This document shows positions 1-14,946 of a stretch of DNA of 64,000 nucleotides, in pieces. The notes beneath the pieces are model-generated. The model saw only the letters and a list, made by a program, of their open reading frames with translations. It did not search any database and was not told the origin of the DNA. The stretch lies in contig OZ024741.1 of assembly GCA_964016885.1 (NCBI GenBank), positions 188,852,001 through 188,916,000 of the forward strand. The letters are read 5' to 3'. The position numbers and the translations under genes were made by a program. The first letter of the stretch is position 1. Every line of letters starts with the position of its first letter. The DNA is from Eledone cirrhosa. Its lineage: Eukaryota.

Positions 1-3000
1 TCTCTAACCCTTATTTCATTCCTACAATGTATTCTCTCTAACCCTTATTTCATTCCTACAATGTATTCTCTCTAACCCTTATTTCATTCCTACAATGTAT
101 TCTCTCTAACTCTTATTTCATTCCTACAATGTATTCTCTCTAACCCTTATTTCATTCCTACAATGTATTCTCTCTAACCCTTATTTCATTCCTACAATGT
201 ATTCTCTCTAACCCTTATTTCATTCCTACAATGTATTCTCTCACCCTTATTTCATTCCTACAATATATTCTCTCTAACCCTTATTTCATTCCTACAATGT
301 ATTCTCTCTAACCCTTATTTCATTCCTACAATGTATTCTCTCTAACCCTTATTTCATTCCTACAATATATTCTCTCTAACCCTTATTTCATTCCTACAAT
401 GTATTCTCTCTAACCCTTATTTCATTCCTACAATGTATTCTCTATAACCCTTATTTCATTCCTACAATATATTCTCTCTAACCCTTATTTCATTCCTACA
501 ATGTGTTCTCTCTAACCCTTATTTCATTCCTACAATGTATTCTCTCTAACCCTTATTTCATTCCTACAATATATTCTCTCTAACCCTTATTTCTTTCCTA
601 CAATGTATTCTCTCTAACCCTTATTTCATTCCTACAATGTATTCTCTCTAACCCTTATTTCATTCCTACAATATATTCTCTCTAACCCTTATTTCATTCC
701 AACAATGTATTCTCTCTAACCCTTATTTCATTCGTACAATATGTTCTCTCTAACCCTTATTTCATTCCTACAATGTATTCTCGCTAACCCTTATTTCATT
801 CCTACAATGTATTCTCTCTAACCCTTATTTCATTCCTACAATGTATTCTCTCTAACCCTTATTTCATTCCTACAATGTATTCTCTCTAACCCTTATTTCA
901 TTCCTACAATATATTCTCTCTAATCCTTATTTCATTCCTACGATGTATTCTCTCTAACCCTTATTTCATTCCTACAATGTATTCTCTCTAACCCTTATTT
1001 CATTCCTACAATATATTCTCTCTAACCCTTATTTCATTCCTACAATGTATTCTCTCTAACCCTTATTTCATTCCTACAATATATTCTCTCTAACCCTTAT
1101 TTCTTTCCTACAATGTATTCTCTCTAACCCTTATTTCATTCCTACAATGTATTCTCTCTAACCCTTATTTCATTCCTACAATATATTCTCTCTAACCCTT
1201 ATTTCATTCCAACAATGTATTCTCTCTAACCCTTATTTCATTCGTACAATATGTTCTCTCTAACCCTTATTTCATTCCTACAATGTATTCTCGCTAACCC
1301 TTATTTCATTCCTACAATGTATTCTCTCTAACCCTTATTTCATTCCTACAATGTATTCTCTCTAACCCTTATTTCATTCCTACAATGTATTCTCTCTAAC
1401 CCTTATTTCATTCCTACAATATATTCTCTCTAATCCTTATTTCATTCCTACGATGTATTCTCTCTAACCCTTATTTCATTCCTACAATGTATTCTCTCTA
1501 ACCCTTATTTCATTCCTACAATATATTCTCTCTAACCCTTATTTCATTCCTACAATGTATTCTCTCTAACCCTTATTTCATTCATACAATGTATTCTCTA
1601 TAACCCTTATTTCATTCCTACAATATATTCTCTCTAACCCTTATTTCATTCCTACAATGTATTCTCTCTAACCCTTATTTCATTCCTACAATGTATTCTC
1701 TCTAACCCTTATTTCATTCCTACAATATATTCTCTCTAACCCTTATTTCATTCCTACAATGTATTCTCTCTAACCCTTATTTCATTCCTACAATGTATTC
1801 TCTCTAACCCTTTTTTCATTCCTACAATATATTCTCTCTAACCCTTATTTCATTCTACAATGTATTCTCTCTAACCCTTATTTCATTCGTACAATATATT
1901 CTCTCTAACCCTTATTTCATTCCTACAATGTATTCTCTCTAACCCTTATTTCATTCCTACAATGTATTCTCTCTAACCCTTATTTCATTCCTACAATATA
2001 TTCTCTCTAACCCTTATTTCATTCCAACAATGTATTCTCTCCAGCCCTTATTTCATTCCTACAATGTATTCTCTCTAACCCTTATTTCATTCCTACAATG
2101 TATTCTCTCTAACCCTTATTTCATTCCTACAATGTATTCTCTCTAACCCTTATTTCATTCCTACAATGTATTCTCTCTAACCCTTATTTCATTCCTACAA
2201 TGTATTCTCTCTAACCCTTATTTCATTCCTACAATGTATTCTCTCTAACCCTTATTTCATTCCTACAATATATTCTCTCTAACCCTTATTTCATTCCTAC
2301 AATGTATTCTCTCTAACCCTTATTTCATTCCTACAATATATTCTCTCTAACCCTTATTTCATTCCTACAATGTATTCTCTCTAACCCTTATTTCATTCCT
2401 ACAATATTTTCTCTCTAACCCTTATTTCATTCCTACAAAGTATTCTCTCCTAACCCTTATTTCATTCCTACAATATATTCTCTCTAACCCTTATTTCATT
2501 CCTACAATGTATTCTCTCTAACCCTTATTTCATTCCTACAATGTATTCTCTCTAACCCTTATTTCATTCCTACAATATATTCTCTCTAACCCTTATTTCA
2601 TTCCTACAATGTATTCTCTCTAACCCTTATTTCATTCCTACAATGTATTCTCTCTAACCCTTATTTCATTCCTACAATGTATTCTCTCTAACCCTTATTT
2701 CATTCCTACAATATATTCTCTCTAACCCTTATTTCATTCCTACAATGTGATCTCTCTAACCCTTATTTCATTCCTACAACGTATTCTCTCTAACCCATAT
2801 TTCATTCCTACAATGTATTCTCTCTAACCCTTATTTCATTCCTACAATATATTCTCTCTAACCCTTATTTCATTCCTACAATGTATTCTCTCTAACCCTT
2901 ATTTCATTCCTACAATGTATTCTCTCTAACCCTTATTTCATTCCTACAATGTATTCTCTCTAACCCTTATTTCATTCCTACAATGTATTCTCTCTAACCC

Positions 3001-6000
3001 TTATTTCATTCCTACAATATATTCTCTCTAACCCTTATTTCATTCCTACAATGTATTCTCTCTAACCCTTATTTCATTCCTACAATGTATTCTCTCTAAC
3101 CCTTATTTCATTCCTACAATGTATTCTCTCTAACTCTTATTTCATTCCTACAATGTATTCTCTCTAACCCTTATTTCATTCCTACAATGTATTCTCTCTA
3201 ACCCTTATTTCATTCCTACAATGTATTCTCTCTAACCCTTATTTCATTCCTACAATGTATTCTCTCACCCTTATTTCATTCCTACAATATATTCTCTCTA
3301 ACCCTTATTTCATTCCTACAATGTATTCTCTCTAACCCTTATTTCATTCCTACAATGTATTCTCTCTAACCCTTATTTCATTCCTACAATATATTCTCTC
3401 TAACCCTTATTTCATTCCTACAATGTATTCTCTCTAACCCTTATTTCATTCCTACAATGTATTCTCTATAACCCTTATTTCATTCCTACAATATATTCTC
3501 TCTAACCCTTATTTCATTCCTACAATGTGTTCTCTCTAACCCTTATTTCATTCCTACAATGTATTCTCTCTAAACCTTATTTCATTCCTACAATATATTC
3601 TCTCTAACCCTTATTTCTTTTTCCTACAATGTATTCTCTCTAACCCTTATTTCATTCCTACAATGTATTCTCTCTAACCCTTATTTCATTCCTACAATAT
3701 ATTCTCTCTAACCCTTATTTCATTCCAACAATGTATTCTCTCTAACCCTTATTTCATTCGTACAATATGTTCTCTCTAACCCTTATTTCATTCCTACAAT
3801 GTATTCTCGCTAACCCTTATTTCATTCCTACAATGTATTCTCTCTAACCCTTATTTCATTCCTACAATGTATTCTCTCTAACCCTTATTTCATTCCTACA
3901 ATGTATTCTCTTTAACCCTTATTTCATTCCTACAATATATTCTCTCTAACCCTTATTTCATTCCTACAATGTATTCTCTCTAACCCTTATTTCATTCCTA
4001 CAATGTATTCTCTCTAACCCTCATTTCATTCCTACAATGTATTCTCTCTAACCCTTATTTCATTCCTACAATGTATTCTCTCTAACCCTTATTTCATTCC
4101 TACAATGTATTCTCTCACCCTTATTTCATTCCTACAATATATTCTCTCTAACCCTTATTTCATTCCTACAATGTATTCTCTCTAACCCTTATTTCATTCC
4201 TACAATGTATTCTCTCTAACCCTTATTTCATTCCTACAATATATTCTCTCTAACCCTTATTTCATTCCTACAATATATTCTCTCTAACCCTTATTTCATT
4301 CCTACAATGTATTCTCTCTAACCCTTATTTCATTCCTACAATATATTCTCTCTAACCCTTATTTCATTCCTACAATGTATTCTCTCTAACCCTTATTTCA
4401 TTCCTACAATATATTCTCTCTAACCCTTATTTCATTCCTACAATATATTCTCTCTAACCCTTATTTCATTCCTACAATGTATTCTCTCTAACCCTTATTT
4501 CATTCCTACAATGTGTTCTCTCTAACCCTTATTTCATTCCTACAATGTATTCTCTATAACCCTTATTTCATTCCTACAATATATTCTCTCTAACCCTTAT
4601 TTCATTCCTACAATGTATTCTCTCTAACCCTTATTTCATTCCTACAATGTATTCTCTCTAACCCTTATTTCATTCCTACAATGTATTCTCACTAACCCTT
4701 ATTTCATTCCTACAATGTATTCTCTCTAACCCTTATTTCATTCCTACAATGTATTCTCTCTGACCCTTATTTCATTCCTACAATGTATTCTCTCTAACCC
4801 TTATTTCATTCCTACAATGTATTCTCTCTAACCCTTATTTCATTCCTACAATGTATTCTCTCTAACCCTTATTTCATTCCTACAATATATTCTCTCGAAC
4901 CCTTATTTCATTCCTACAATATATTCTCTCTAACCCTTATTTCATTCCTACAATGTATTCTCTCTAACCCTTATTTCATTCCTACAATGTATTCTCTCTA
5001 ACCCTTATTTCATTCCCACAATATATTCTTTCTAACCCTTATTTCATTCCTACAATATATTCTCTCTAAGCCTTATTTCATTCCTACAATGTATTCTCTC
5101 TAACCCTTATTTCATTCCTACAATATATTCTCTCTAACCCTTATTTCATTCCTACAATGTATTCTCTCTAACCCTTATTTCATTCCTAAAATGTATTCTC
5201 TCTAACCCTTATTTCATTCCTACAATGTATTCTCTCTAACCCTTATTTCATTCCTACAATATATTCTCTCTAACCCTTATTTCATTCCTACAATGTATTC
5301 TCTCTAACCCTTATTTCATTCCTACAATGTATTCTCTCTAACCCTTATTTCATTCCTACAATGTATTCTCTCTAACCCTTATTTCATTCCTACAATGTAT
5401 TCTCTCTAACCCTTATTTCATTCCTACAATGTATTCTATCTAACCCTTATTTCATTCCTACAATGTATTCTCTGTAACCCTTATTTTATTCCTACAATGT
5501 ATACTCTCTAACCCTTATTTCATTCCTACAATGTATTCTCTCTAACCCTTATTTCATTCCTACAATACATTCTCTCTAACCCTTATTTCATTCCTACAAT
5601 ATATTCTCTCTAACCCTTATTTCATTCCTACAATATATTCTCTCTAACCCTTATTTCATTCCTACAATGTATTCTCTCTAACCCTTATTTCATTCCTACA
5701 ATGTATTCTCTCTAACCCTTATTTCATTCCTACAATATATTCTCTCTAACCCTTATTTCATTCCTACAATGTACTCTCTCTAACCCTTATTTCATTCCTA
5801 CAATGTATTCTCTCTAACCCTTATTTCATTCCTACGATGTATTCTCTCTAACCCTCATTTCATTCCTACAATGTATTCTCTCTAACCCTTATTTCATTCC
5901 TACAATATATTCTCTCTAACCCTTATTTCATTCCTACAATGTATTCTCTCTAACCCTTATTTCATTCCTACAATGTATTCTCTCTAAGCCTTATTTCATT

Positions 6001-9000
6001 CCTACAATGTATTCTCTCTAACCCTTATTTCATTCCTACAATGTATTCTCTCTAACCCTTATTTCATTCCTACAATATATTCTCTCTAACCCTTATTTCA
6101 TTTCTACAATGTATTCTCTCTAACCCTTATTTCATTCCTACAATGTATTCTCTCTAACCCTTATTTCATTCCTACAATGTATTCTATCTAACCCTTATTT
6201 CATTCCTACAATATATTCTGTCTAACCCTTATTTCATTCCTACAATGTATTCTCTCTAACCCTTATTTCATTCCTACAATGTATTCTCTCTAACCCTTAT
6301 TTCATTCCTACAATGTATTCTCTCTAACCCTTATTTCATTCCTACAATATATTCTCTCTAACCCTTATTTCATTCCTACAATGTATTCTCTCTAACCCTT
6401 ATTTCATTCCTACAATGTATTCTCTCTAACCCTTATTTCATTCCTACAATATATTCTCTCTAACCCTTATTTTATTCCTACAATGTATTCTCTCTAACCC
6501 TTATTTCAGTCCTACAATGTATTCTCTCTAACCCTTATTACATTCCTACAATGTATTCTCTCTAACCCTTATTTCATTCCTACAATGTATTCTCTCTAAC
6601 CCTTATTTCATTCCTACAATATATTCTCTCTAACCCTTATTTCATTCCTACAATGTATTCTCTCTAACCCTTATTTCATTCCTACAATGTATTCTCTCTA
6701 ACCCTTATTTCATCCCTACAATATATTCTCTCTAACCCTTATTTCATTCCTACAATGTATTCTCTCTAACCCTTATTTCATTCCTACAATGTATTCTCTC
6801 TAACCCTTATTTCATTCCTACAATATATTCTCTCTAACCCTTATTTCATTCCTACAATGTATTCTCTCTAACCCTTATTTCATTCCTACAATGTATTCTC
6901 TCTAAGCCTTATTTCATTCCTACAATGTATTCTCTCTAACCCTTATTTCATTCCTACAATATATTCTCTCTAACCCTTATTTCATTCCTACAATGTATTT
7001 TCTCTAACCGTTATTTCATTCCTACAATGTATTCTCTCTAACCCTTATTTCATTCCTACAATGTATTCTCTCTAACCCTTATTTCATTCCTACAATATAT
7101 TCTCTCTTACCCTTATTTCATTCCTACAATGTATTCTCTCTAACCCTTATTTCATTCCTACAATGTATTCTCTCTAACCCTTATTTCATTCCTACAATGT
7201 ATTCTCTCTAACCCTTATTTCATTCCTACAATGTATTCTCTCTAACCCTTATTTCATTCCTACAATGTATTCTCTCTAACCCTTATTTCATTCCTACAAT
7301 GTATTCTCTCTAACCCTTATTTCATTCCTATAATGTATTCTCTCTAACCCTTATTTCATTCCTACAATGTATTCTCTCTAACCCTTATTTCATTCCTACA
7401 ATATGTATTCTCTCTAACCCTTATTTCATTCCTACAATGTATTCTCTCTAACCCTTATTTCATTCCTACAATGTATTCTCTCTAACCCTTATTTCATTCC
7501 TACAATGTATTCTCTCTAACCCTTATTTCATTCCTACAATGTATTCTCTCTAACCCTTATTTCATTCCTACAATGTATTCTCTCTAACCCTTATTTCATT
7601 CCTACAATGTATTCTCTCTAACCCTTATTTCATTCCTACAATGTATTCTCTCTAACCCTTATTTCATTCCTACAATATATTCTCTCTAACCCTTATTTCA
7701 TTCTTACAATGTATTCTCTGTAACCCTTATTTCATTCCTACAATGTATTCTCTGTAACCCTTATTTCATTCGTACAATATATTCTGTCTAACCCTTATTT
7801 CATTCCTACAATGTATTCTCTCTAACCCTTATTTCATTCGTACAATATATTCTCTCTAACCCTTATTTCATTCCTACAATGTATTCTCTCTAACCCTTAT
7901 TTCATTCCTACAATGTATTCTCTCTAACCCTTATTTCAGTCCTACAATGTATTCTCTCTAACCCTTATTACATTCCTACAATGTATTCTCTCTAACCCTT
8001 ATTTCATTCCTACAATGTATTCTCTCTAACCCTTATTTCATTCCTACAATATATTCTCTCTAACCCTTATTTCATTCCTACAATGTATTCTCTCTAACCC
8101 TTATTTCATTCCTACAATGTATTCTCTCTAACCCTTATTTCATTCCTACAATATATTCTCTCTAACCCTTATTTCATTCCTACAATGTATTCTCTCTAAC
8201 CCTTATTTCATTCCTACAATGTATTCTCTCTAACCCTTATTTCATTCCTACAATATATTCTCTCTAACCCTTATTTCATTCCTACAATGTATTCTCTCTA
8301 ACCCTTATTTCATTCCTACAATGTATTCTCTCTAAGCCTTATTTCATTCCTACAATGTATTCTCTCTAACCCTTATTTCATTCCTACAATATATTCTCTC
8401 TAACCCTTATTTCATTCCTACAATGTATTTTCTCTAACCGTTATTTCATTCCTACAATGTATTCTCTCTAACCCTTATTTCATTCCTACAATGTATTCTC
8501 TCTAACCCTTATTTCATTCCTACAATATATTCTCTCTAACCCTTATTTCATTCCTACAATGTATTCTCTCTAACCCTTATTTCATTCCTACAATGTATTC
8601 TCTCTAACCCTTATTTCATTCCTACAATGTATTCTCTCTAACCCTTATTTCATTCCTACAATGTATTCTATCTAACCCTTATTTCATTCCTACAATGTAT
8701 TCTCTCTAACCCTTATTTCATTCCTACAATGTATTCTCTCTAACCCTTATTTCATTCCTACAATATATTCTCTATAACCCTTATTTCATTCCTACAATAT
8801 ATTCTCGCTAACCCTTATTTCATTCCTACAATGTATTCTCTCTAACCCTTATTTCATTCCTACAATGTATTCTCTCTAACCCTTATTTCATTCCTACAAT
8901 GTATTCTCTCTAACCCTTATTTCATTCCTACAATGTATTCTCTCTAACCCTTATTTCATTCCTACAATGTATTCTCTCTAACCCTTATTTCATTCCTACA

Positions 9001-10470
9001 ATGTATTCTCTCTAACCCTTATTTCATTCCTACAATATGTATTCTCTCTAACCCTCATTTCATTCCTACAATGTATTCTCTCTAACCCTTATTTCATTCC
9101 TACAATGTATTCTCTCTAACCCTTATTTCATTCCTACAATGTATTCTCTCTAACCCTTATTTCATTCCTACAATGTATTCTCTCTAACCCTTATTTCATT
9201 CCTACAATGTATTCTCTCTAACCCTTATTTCATTCCTACAATGTATTCTCTCTAACCCTTATTTCATTCCTACAATATATTCTCTCTAACCCTTATTTCA
9301 TTCTTACAATGTATTCTCTGTAACCCTTATTTCATTCCTACAATGTATTCTCTCTAACCCTTATTTCATTCGTACAATATATTCTCTCTAACCCTTATTT
9401 CATTCCTACAATGTATTCTCTCTAACCCTTATTTCATTCGTACAATATATTCTCTCTAACCCTTATTTCATTCCTACAATGTATTCTCTCTAACCCTTAT
9501 TTCATTCCTACAATGTATTCTCTCTAACCCTTATTTCATTCCTACAATGTATTCTCTCTAACCCTTATTTCATTCCTACAATATATTCTCTCTAACCCTT
9601 ATTTCATTCCTACAATGTATTCTCTCTAACCTTTATTTCATTCCTACAATATATTCTCTCTAACCCTTATTTCATTCCTACAATGTATTCTCTCTAACCC
9701 TTATTTCATTCCTACAATGTATTCTCTCTAACCCTTATTTCATTCCTACAATATATTCTCTCTAACCCTTATTTCATTCCTACAATGTATTTTCTCTAAC
9801 CGTTATTTCATTCCTACAATGTATTCTCTCTAACCCTTATTTCATTCCTACAATGTATTCTCTCTAACCCTTATTTCATTCCTACAATATATTCTCTCTA
9901 ACCCTTATTTCATTCCTACAATGTATTCTCTCTAACCCTTATTTCATTCCTACAATGTATTCTCTCTAACCCTTATTTCATTCCTACAATGTATTCTCTG
10001 TAACCCTTATTTCATTCCTACAATGTATTCTCTCTAACCCTTATTTCATTCCTACAATGTATTCTCTCTAACCCTTATTTTATTCCTACAATATATTCTC
10101 TCTAACCCTTATTTCATTCCTACAATGTATTCTCTCTAACCCTTATTTCATTCCTACAATGTATTCTCTCTAACCCTTATTTCATTCCTACAATGTATTC
10201 TCTCTAACCCTTATTTCATTCCTACAATATATTCTCTCTAACCCTTATTTCATTCCTACAATGTATTCTCTGTAACCCTTATTTCATTCCTACAATGTAT
10301 TCTCTCTAACCCTTATTTCATTCCTACAATTTATTCTCTCTAACCCTTATTTCATTCCTACAATGTATTCTCTCTAACCCTTATTTCATTCCTACAATGT
10401 ATTCTCTCTAACCCTTATTTCATTCCTACAATGTATTCTCTCTAAGCCTTATTTCATTCCTACAATATAT
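1..10470. repeat. 34-bp tandem satellite array (about 308 monomers, open at window start)
   Basis: Monomer TCTCTAACCCTTATTTCATTCCTACAAT(G/A)TATTC restarts at position 35 and continues with few variants to about 10470. Confidence 0.99.
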
Positions 10471-11559
10471 CTATATATCTCTATATATATATCTAGGGAA
10501 TGTAACGTCCAGTTACAGTAGGTTCAACAGAGTGAGTACTCGATGCGTAGTTTCCATCGGTATAGAGGTGTAGAACTAAGCAGAGTGTAATTATAATAAT
10601 AATTCCAGAGTCGGGCTTGATCGATACAGATCGAACCTTCAGCTGATCAATTGCGAAACGCATGTCACTACTCAGTAAACGTAATGAAGACATAACACAT
10701 CGTCCTTTTTATTATATATATATATATATATATATATATCCTATTTCATTCCTACAATATATTTTCCTATCATTCATACAATATATATATATATATATAT
10801 ATATCCACTCCTCTGATCTTTCCAACAATATATACCATATCTCTCCACCAATTCTCTGCTCCAATACAAACATTTCTCTCTCTCTCTCTCTCTCCCCCCA
10901 AACCTCTGTCTCACCCTACCCACTAAAAACCCTCCCCCACATGCACAGCCACTGAGAAGTAAACTGACATATTTGAGATGAAGCATTTTTTTCTTCTATT
11001 TTTTGGGGTTTGTTTTGCCACTTAAAAGCATTTCTCATGTTACAAAACCAGAATTTATTGTCATATCTCCTGAGGTTTCAAAAAATACAATCTTGAAATA
11101 TGGAAATATTTTACTTTCTTTTTTTTTTTTTTTTTTTACTTTTACTTTTTCTCTCTCTGTGTTTGCATGTTGATGTAGGTACTATTATCATTATTATTAT
11201 TTATTATTATTATTATTGTTATTGTTGTTGTTGTTGTTATTGCTTTTTTTTGTAATCAATTCCTTGTAAACTACAACCATAGTTTTTTTTTTTGTTTCTT
11301 GTTGAATGTCTTCTCATCCTTTACTGCCACCACCACCACTATTGTCATCACTACCATTGTCATCATCACTATCATAATCATTACCATTTTACATCCACTT
11401 TCTAGCTAGTAAATGAAATCATTATTGTTATTTTTACTTACTTACTACAGGAGCCTACCATATATGTAAATGTACATGTACAGCAGTCTAAAAAAAATAT
11501 GGATATGTATATGCGGATATAATTTTTTTTGTATATAGAAATATAGAAAATACACAACA

Positions 11560-11568
11560 TTATGTATG

Positions 11569-11637
<69 letters not shown>

Positions 11638-11898
11638 GTAAATGTAAATATATATATATATGTAAATGTAAATATATATATATATGTAAATGTAAATATA
11701 TATATATATATATATATACGTTATTCCGGGTTGAATCGGAGGTAACCACAGTAAGTAAGGTACTCAATACATTGCAGAGTATAAAAGTTTTAATATAGAT
11801 GAGATTCTACAGGACTAGAACTGTTTCATTCTTTAGAAATCATCAGGATTCCTGATGATTTCTAAAGAATGAAACAGTTCTAGTCCTGTAGAATCTCA

Positions 11899-11993
<95 letters not shown>

Positions 11994-12107
11994 AATGTAA
12001 ATATATATATATATATATGTAAATATATATATATATATATGTAAATATATATATATATATATGTAAATATATATATATATATATGTAAATATATATATAT
12101 ATATATG

Positions 12108-12167
<60 letters not shown>

Positions 12168-12199
12168 AATGTAAATATATATATATATATATGTAAATG

Positions 12200-12239
<40 letters not shown>

Positions 12240-12243
12240 AATG

Positions 12244-12285
<42 letters not shown>

Positions 12286-12317
12286 AATCTAAATATATAT
12301 ATATATATATGTAAATG

Positions 12318-12353
<36 letters not shown>

Positions 12354-12362
12354 AATATATGT
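11560..12362. repeat. Compound (TA)n/(TGTAAA) microsatellite interrupted by a fold-back element
   Basis: Direct reading. It is the source of the poly-(IY) ORFs. Confidence 0.95.
11852..11890 (+). ncRNA. Minimal type I hammerhead ribozyme-like motif (mirror copy on the minus strand at about 11808-11846)
   Basis: CTGATGA-tttctaaagaat-GAAAC-agttcta-GTC. The 5' strand of stem I is lost at the palindrome centre. Confidence 0.6.
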
Positions 12363-12929
12363 AAACCAAAGAAACTGTGCCAAACAGTGTTGAGAGGATC
12401 CTTTAATCATGGCATGACAGACATTAAAATGATGGTCCTACAGAAAATGCACCCAGTACACCCTGTAAAGGGGTTAGAAATAGGAAGGACATCCAGCCAT
12501 TGAAACTTTGCCAAACGAAGCACCGAGAGGACTCTTCATCATCATCATCATTATCTTCACCGTGTTACGTCCGTTCTTCCACGCTAGCATGGGTTAGTTG
12601 TGTCAAAGATATGGGTCAGTTGTGTCAAAGATATAACAATCTCCCTAGTGTTAGTGTCATGATAAAATGCATCTAGTTCAGTCTGTAGAGTGTAGGATTG
12701 TATGAAATTGAGATGCAGCTCAGTAGCACTGATTAAGTACAGACCCATCTAACACTTGTTAGTTGGGAAAAGGGATGCAACACATATATATATATTTTTA
12801 CAAGTGTCAGTTGTGCCAAGGACATGACAACCTCCATAGAGGTTGTTTATCTACATGATAAAAGCACCCAGTACATGCTGTAAAGTGGTTGGTGGTAGGA
12901 AGGGAATCCAGAAATGCATACTTGTCATC

Positions 12930-13675
12930 TAGCTTCTCTCATAGCTTCCTAGTATTGCTCTCTGCTGCCCCCATTTTGCCAGTCTTTCTATGCCTGTCTC
13001 TTGGTCTTAATTGCTCTGTCGACTGTGCTGTTCCACGACCAGGTCACCTGCTGCTTGGCTGGTGCTTTGCTCTAGCCACAGGTTTTATCAGTAGTCTGTA
13101 GTAGGTTGTCAAGTAGGGACTTCCAATTGTCTTCTGTGTCATTTGTATCTAACCTGTCTTCCCTCTCTTCTCTTCATATGCACCACATAAAGTCTTCCTG
13201 AAACTATATGTAACAGAAAGGCCCTTTATCTTCCAAACTCTTTCCCTCCAGATTTGTCTACGTTTCTTGTTGTCTTGTGCTTATTCTGATGTCACTAATA
13301 ACTAACTTATGTTGAACAGTGCATTTTTTTTCCAGGGGAGGTCTTAATGTTTATGAACATTTGTCTATCCTGTTTTCTAACAAGTAAGAAGTCAATCTGG
13401 CTTGTGTATTCACCTGTTTGGTAGGTGACTAGGTGGGTGGTTGGTTTTCTGAAATTAGTGTTGGAAATGGTTTGTTCATTTACATCACAGAATTGTAGGA
13501 GCTTCACTCCCTCTTAATTTCTTGAGCCATTACCATAGCCACTATGTACTCCGGTGTAACCATCCTGGTGCTACCCAACATGTTCTTTGAAGTTGCCTGC
13601 TAGGATGATGAGATCCCTGTTATTTGTCACTGAAGCTGCCTGTAAAAGTTCCTCATAGAAACAATTCTTTTCCAT
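12930..13675 (-). mobile_element. Degenerate RTE LINE fragment (endonuclease region)
   Basis: Minus-strand peptide LLQFC....ISNTNFRKPTTHLVTYQTGEYTSQIDFLLVRK, typical of the RTE apurinic-endonuclease C-terminus. Confidence 0.75.
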
Positions 13676-14472
13676 CATGCCTACGGGACTTATATCAATA
13701 GCTCCCTTGCTAGCTTCAGGAAGTGTTCCGTCCCCAAGCATTAATAGATTCTGGGCAAACTGCTCTCATAAATAATAAATTACAATGGTATATATAAATT
13801 CATAAGCTAAAATATGCTATAAAAATTACAGATCCTTAATTTATAGCATTTTTTCTGGCCAATTGAAAGCTTTAATGACAGTTATAAAAATCTTGGTTTT
13901 AATAGACTTAAAAATGGTAGAAGAAAAAAAAAGCAGTAAGAATACATAGCAAAGTTTATGATACTACCTTATCTCTAGTTATTACATTTTCTTATTCTTT
14001 CTCTTTATCACTCTTTTTCTCCTCTATCTATAGTTTTGACGTGTATCTTAACCTTCAACATGCTGTCGGTGATACAGGGTGTCATAAGAGTAATCTCCCC
14101 CAAGGGAAACAACTCATAAAAATTACTAGCGCACTAAATGAATGTAAATATAATATCAATTTCATTTCATCAAAATATTTTGTACTGTTAAGGCCTGTGT
14201 GTGTGTGTATGTATGCATGTGTAAATGTATTTATACATATATATATAACTTTCATCTTCTACTCTTTTTATTTATTTGCCGGTCTCCCTTTTCTCTCTTT
14301 CCCTCTGGTGTTTTGTGTAAAGTTTTATTACCAACAAAAAGGTAAAGATATATACAAACACATGATTTATTAATATAATGGGTATGTATTTTGTAATATT
14401 GTTCATTGGTTCATTTAAAAAAAAAAATTACTTTCTTTTTTTCTCTCTCTCCCTCCCTTCTCCCTCTTTCAG

Positions 14473-14662
14473 GAAAACTATTTATGTTTACGGAAAAAAA
14501 TCTGGGATGGTTCATTGGTGCCAATGCAGAAAGAGTGGTTTGACCGTATTCTAGCGAGGATTCCTGACAAGTTGAAGACCTTGCCAAATTCTCAGTTGGT
14601 GCTTCAGAACATGTTCCAAGAGGTGGTAGCAAACTATGAAAACAGTATGAGGATTTCTCGAG
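14473..14662 (+). CDS. DNAH12: Axonemal dynein heavy chain (DNAH12-like), N-terminal region, coding exon A
   Basis: Polypyrimidine tract and ttcAG acceptor, GTaact donor. Translates ENYLCLRKKIWDGSLVPMQKEWFDRILARIPDKLKTLPNSQLVLQNMFQEVVANYENSMRISR, resembling the recalled vertebrate DNAH12 segment LVPIQQEWLDHML..IP..LK....EV...FENSM. Confidence 0.85.
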
Positions 14663-14946
14663 GTAACTACAATGGATAATATGTTGCTTGCTTGCTTTTT
14701 TGCTTCTTTCTTAAATCAGTCACTGTCTAAGGCAATGGGTTTAGAAGAAGTTTTCACAGAGTTGGGATGTCTTGTAGTGTCTGATCTGGTTATATGAATT
14801 CTGAGTTTAAATCATATCACCAGATAAACTGGGGCATTTATCATTAAAATTCCCAAGAAATCTCCTATGGGATGGCACTTCATAGTGGTTTGGTGAAACC
14901 TCTGTATGTGGGAATGGTAACAACAACAATATATAACTTTGATTTG

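Noticed and set aside
1-10470. CRISPR-like array or true telomere
   Set aside because: Repeats are head-to-tail with no unique spacers and no cas genes, and the monomer is 34 bp rather than (TTAGGG)n.
11438-12410. Poly-(IY) ORFs here and at many other TA tracts
   Set aside because: They are translations of (TA)n microsatellites.
13676-13790. Additional upstream dynein exon
   Set aside because: No convincing splice sites or recognisable peptide.
14411-14632. 73-aa minus-strand ORF
   Set aside because: It is the antisense shadow of dynein exon A.
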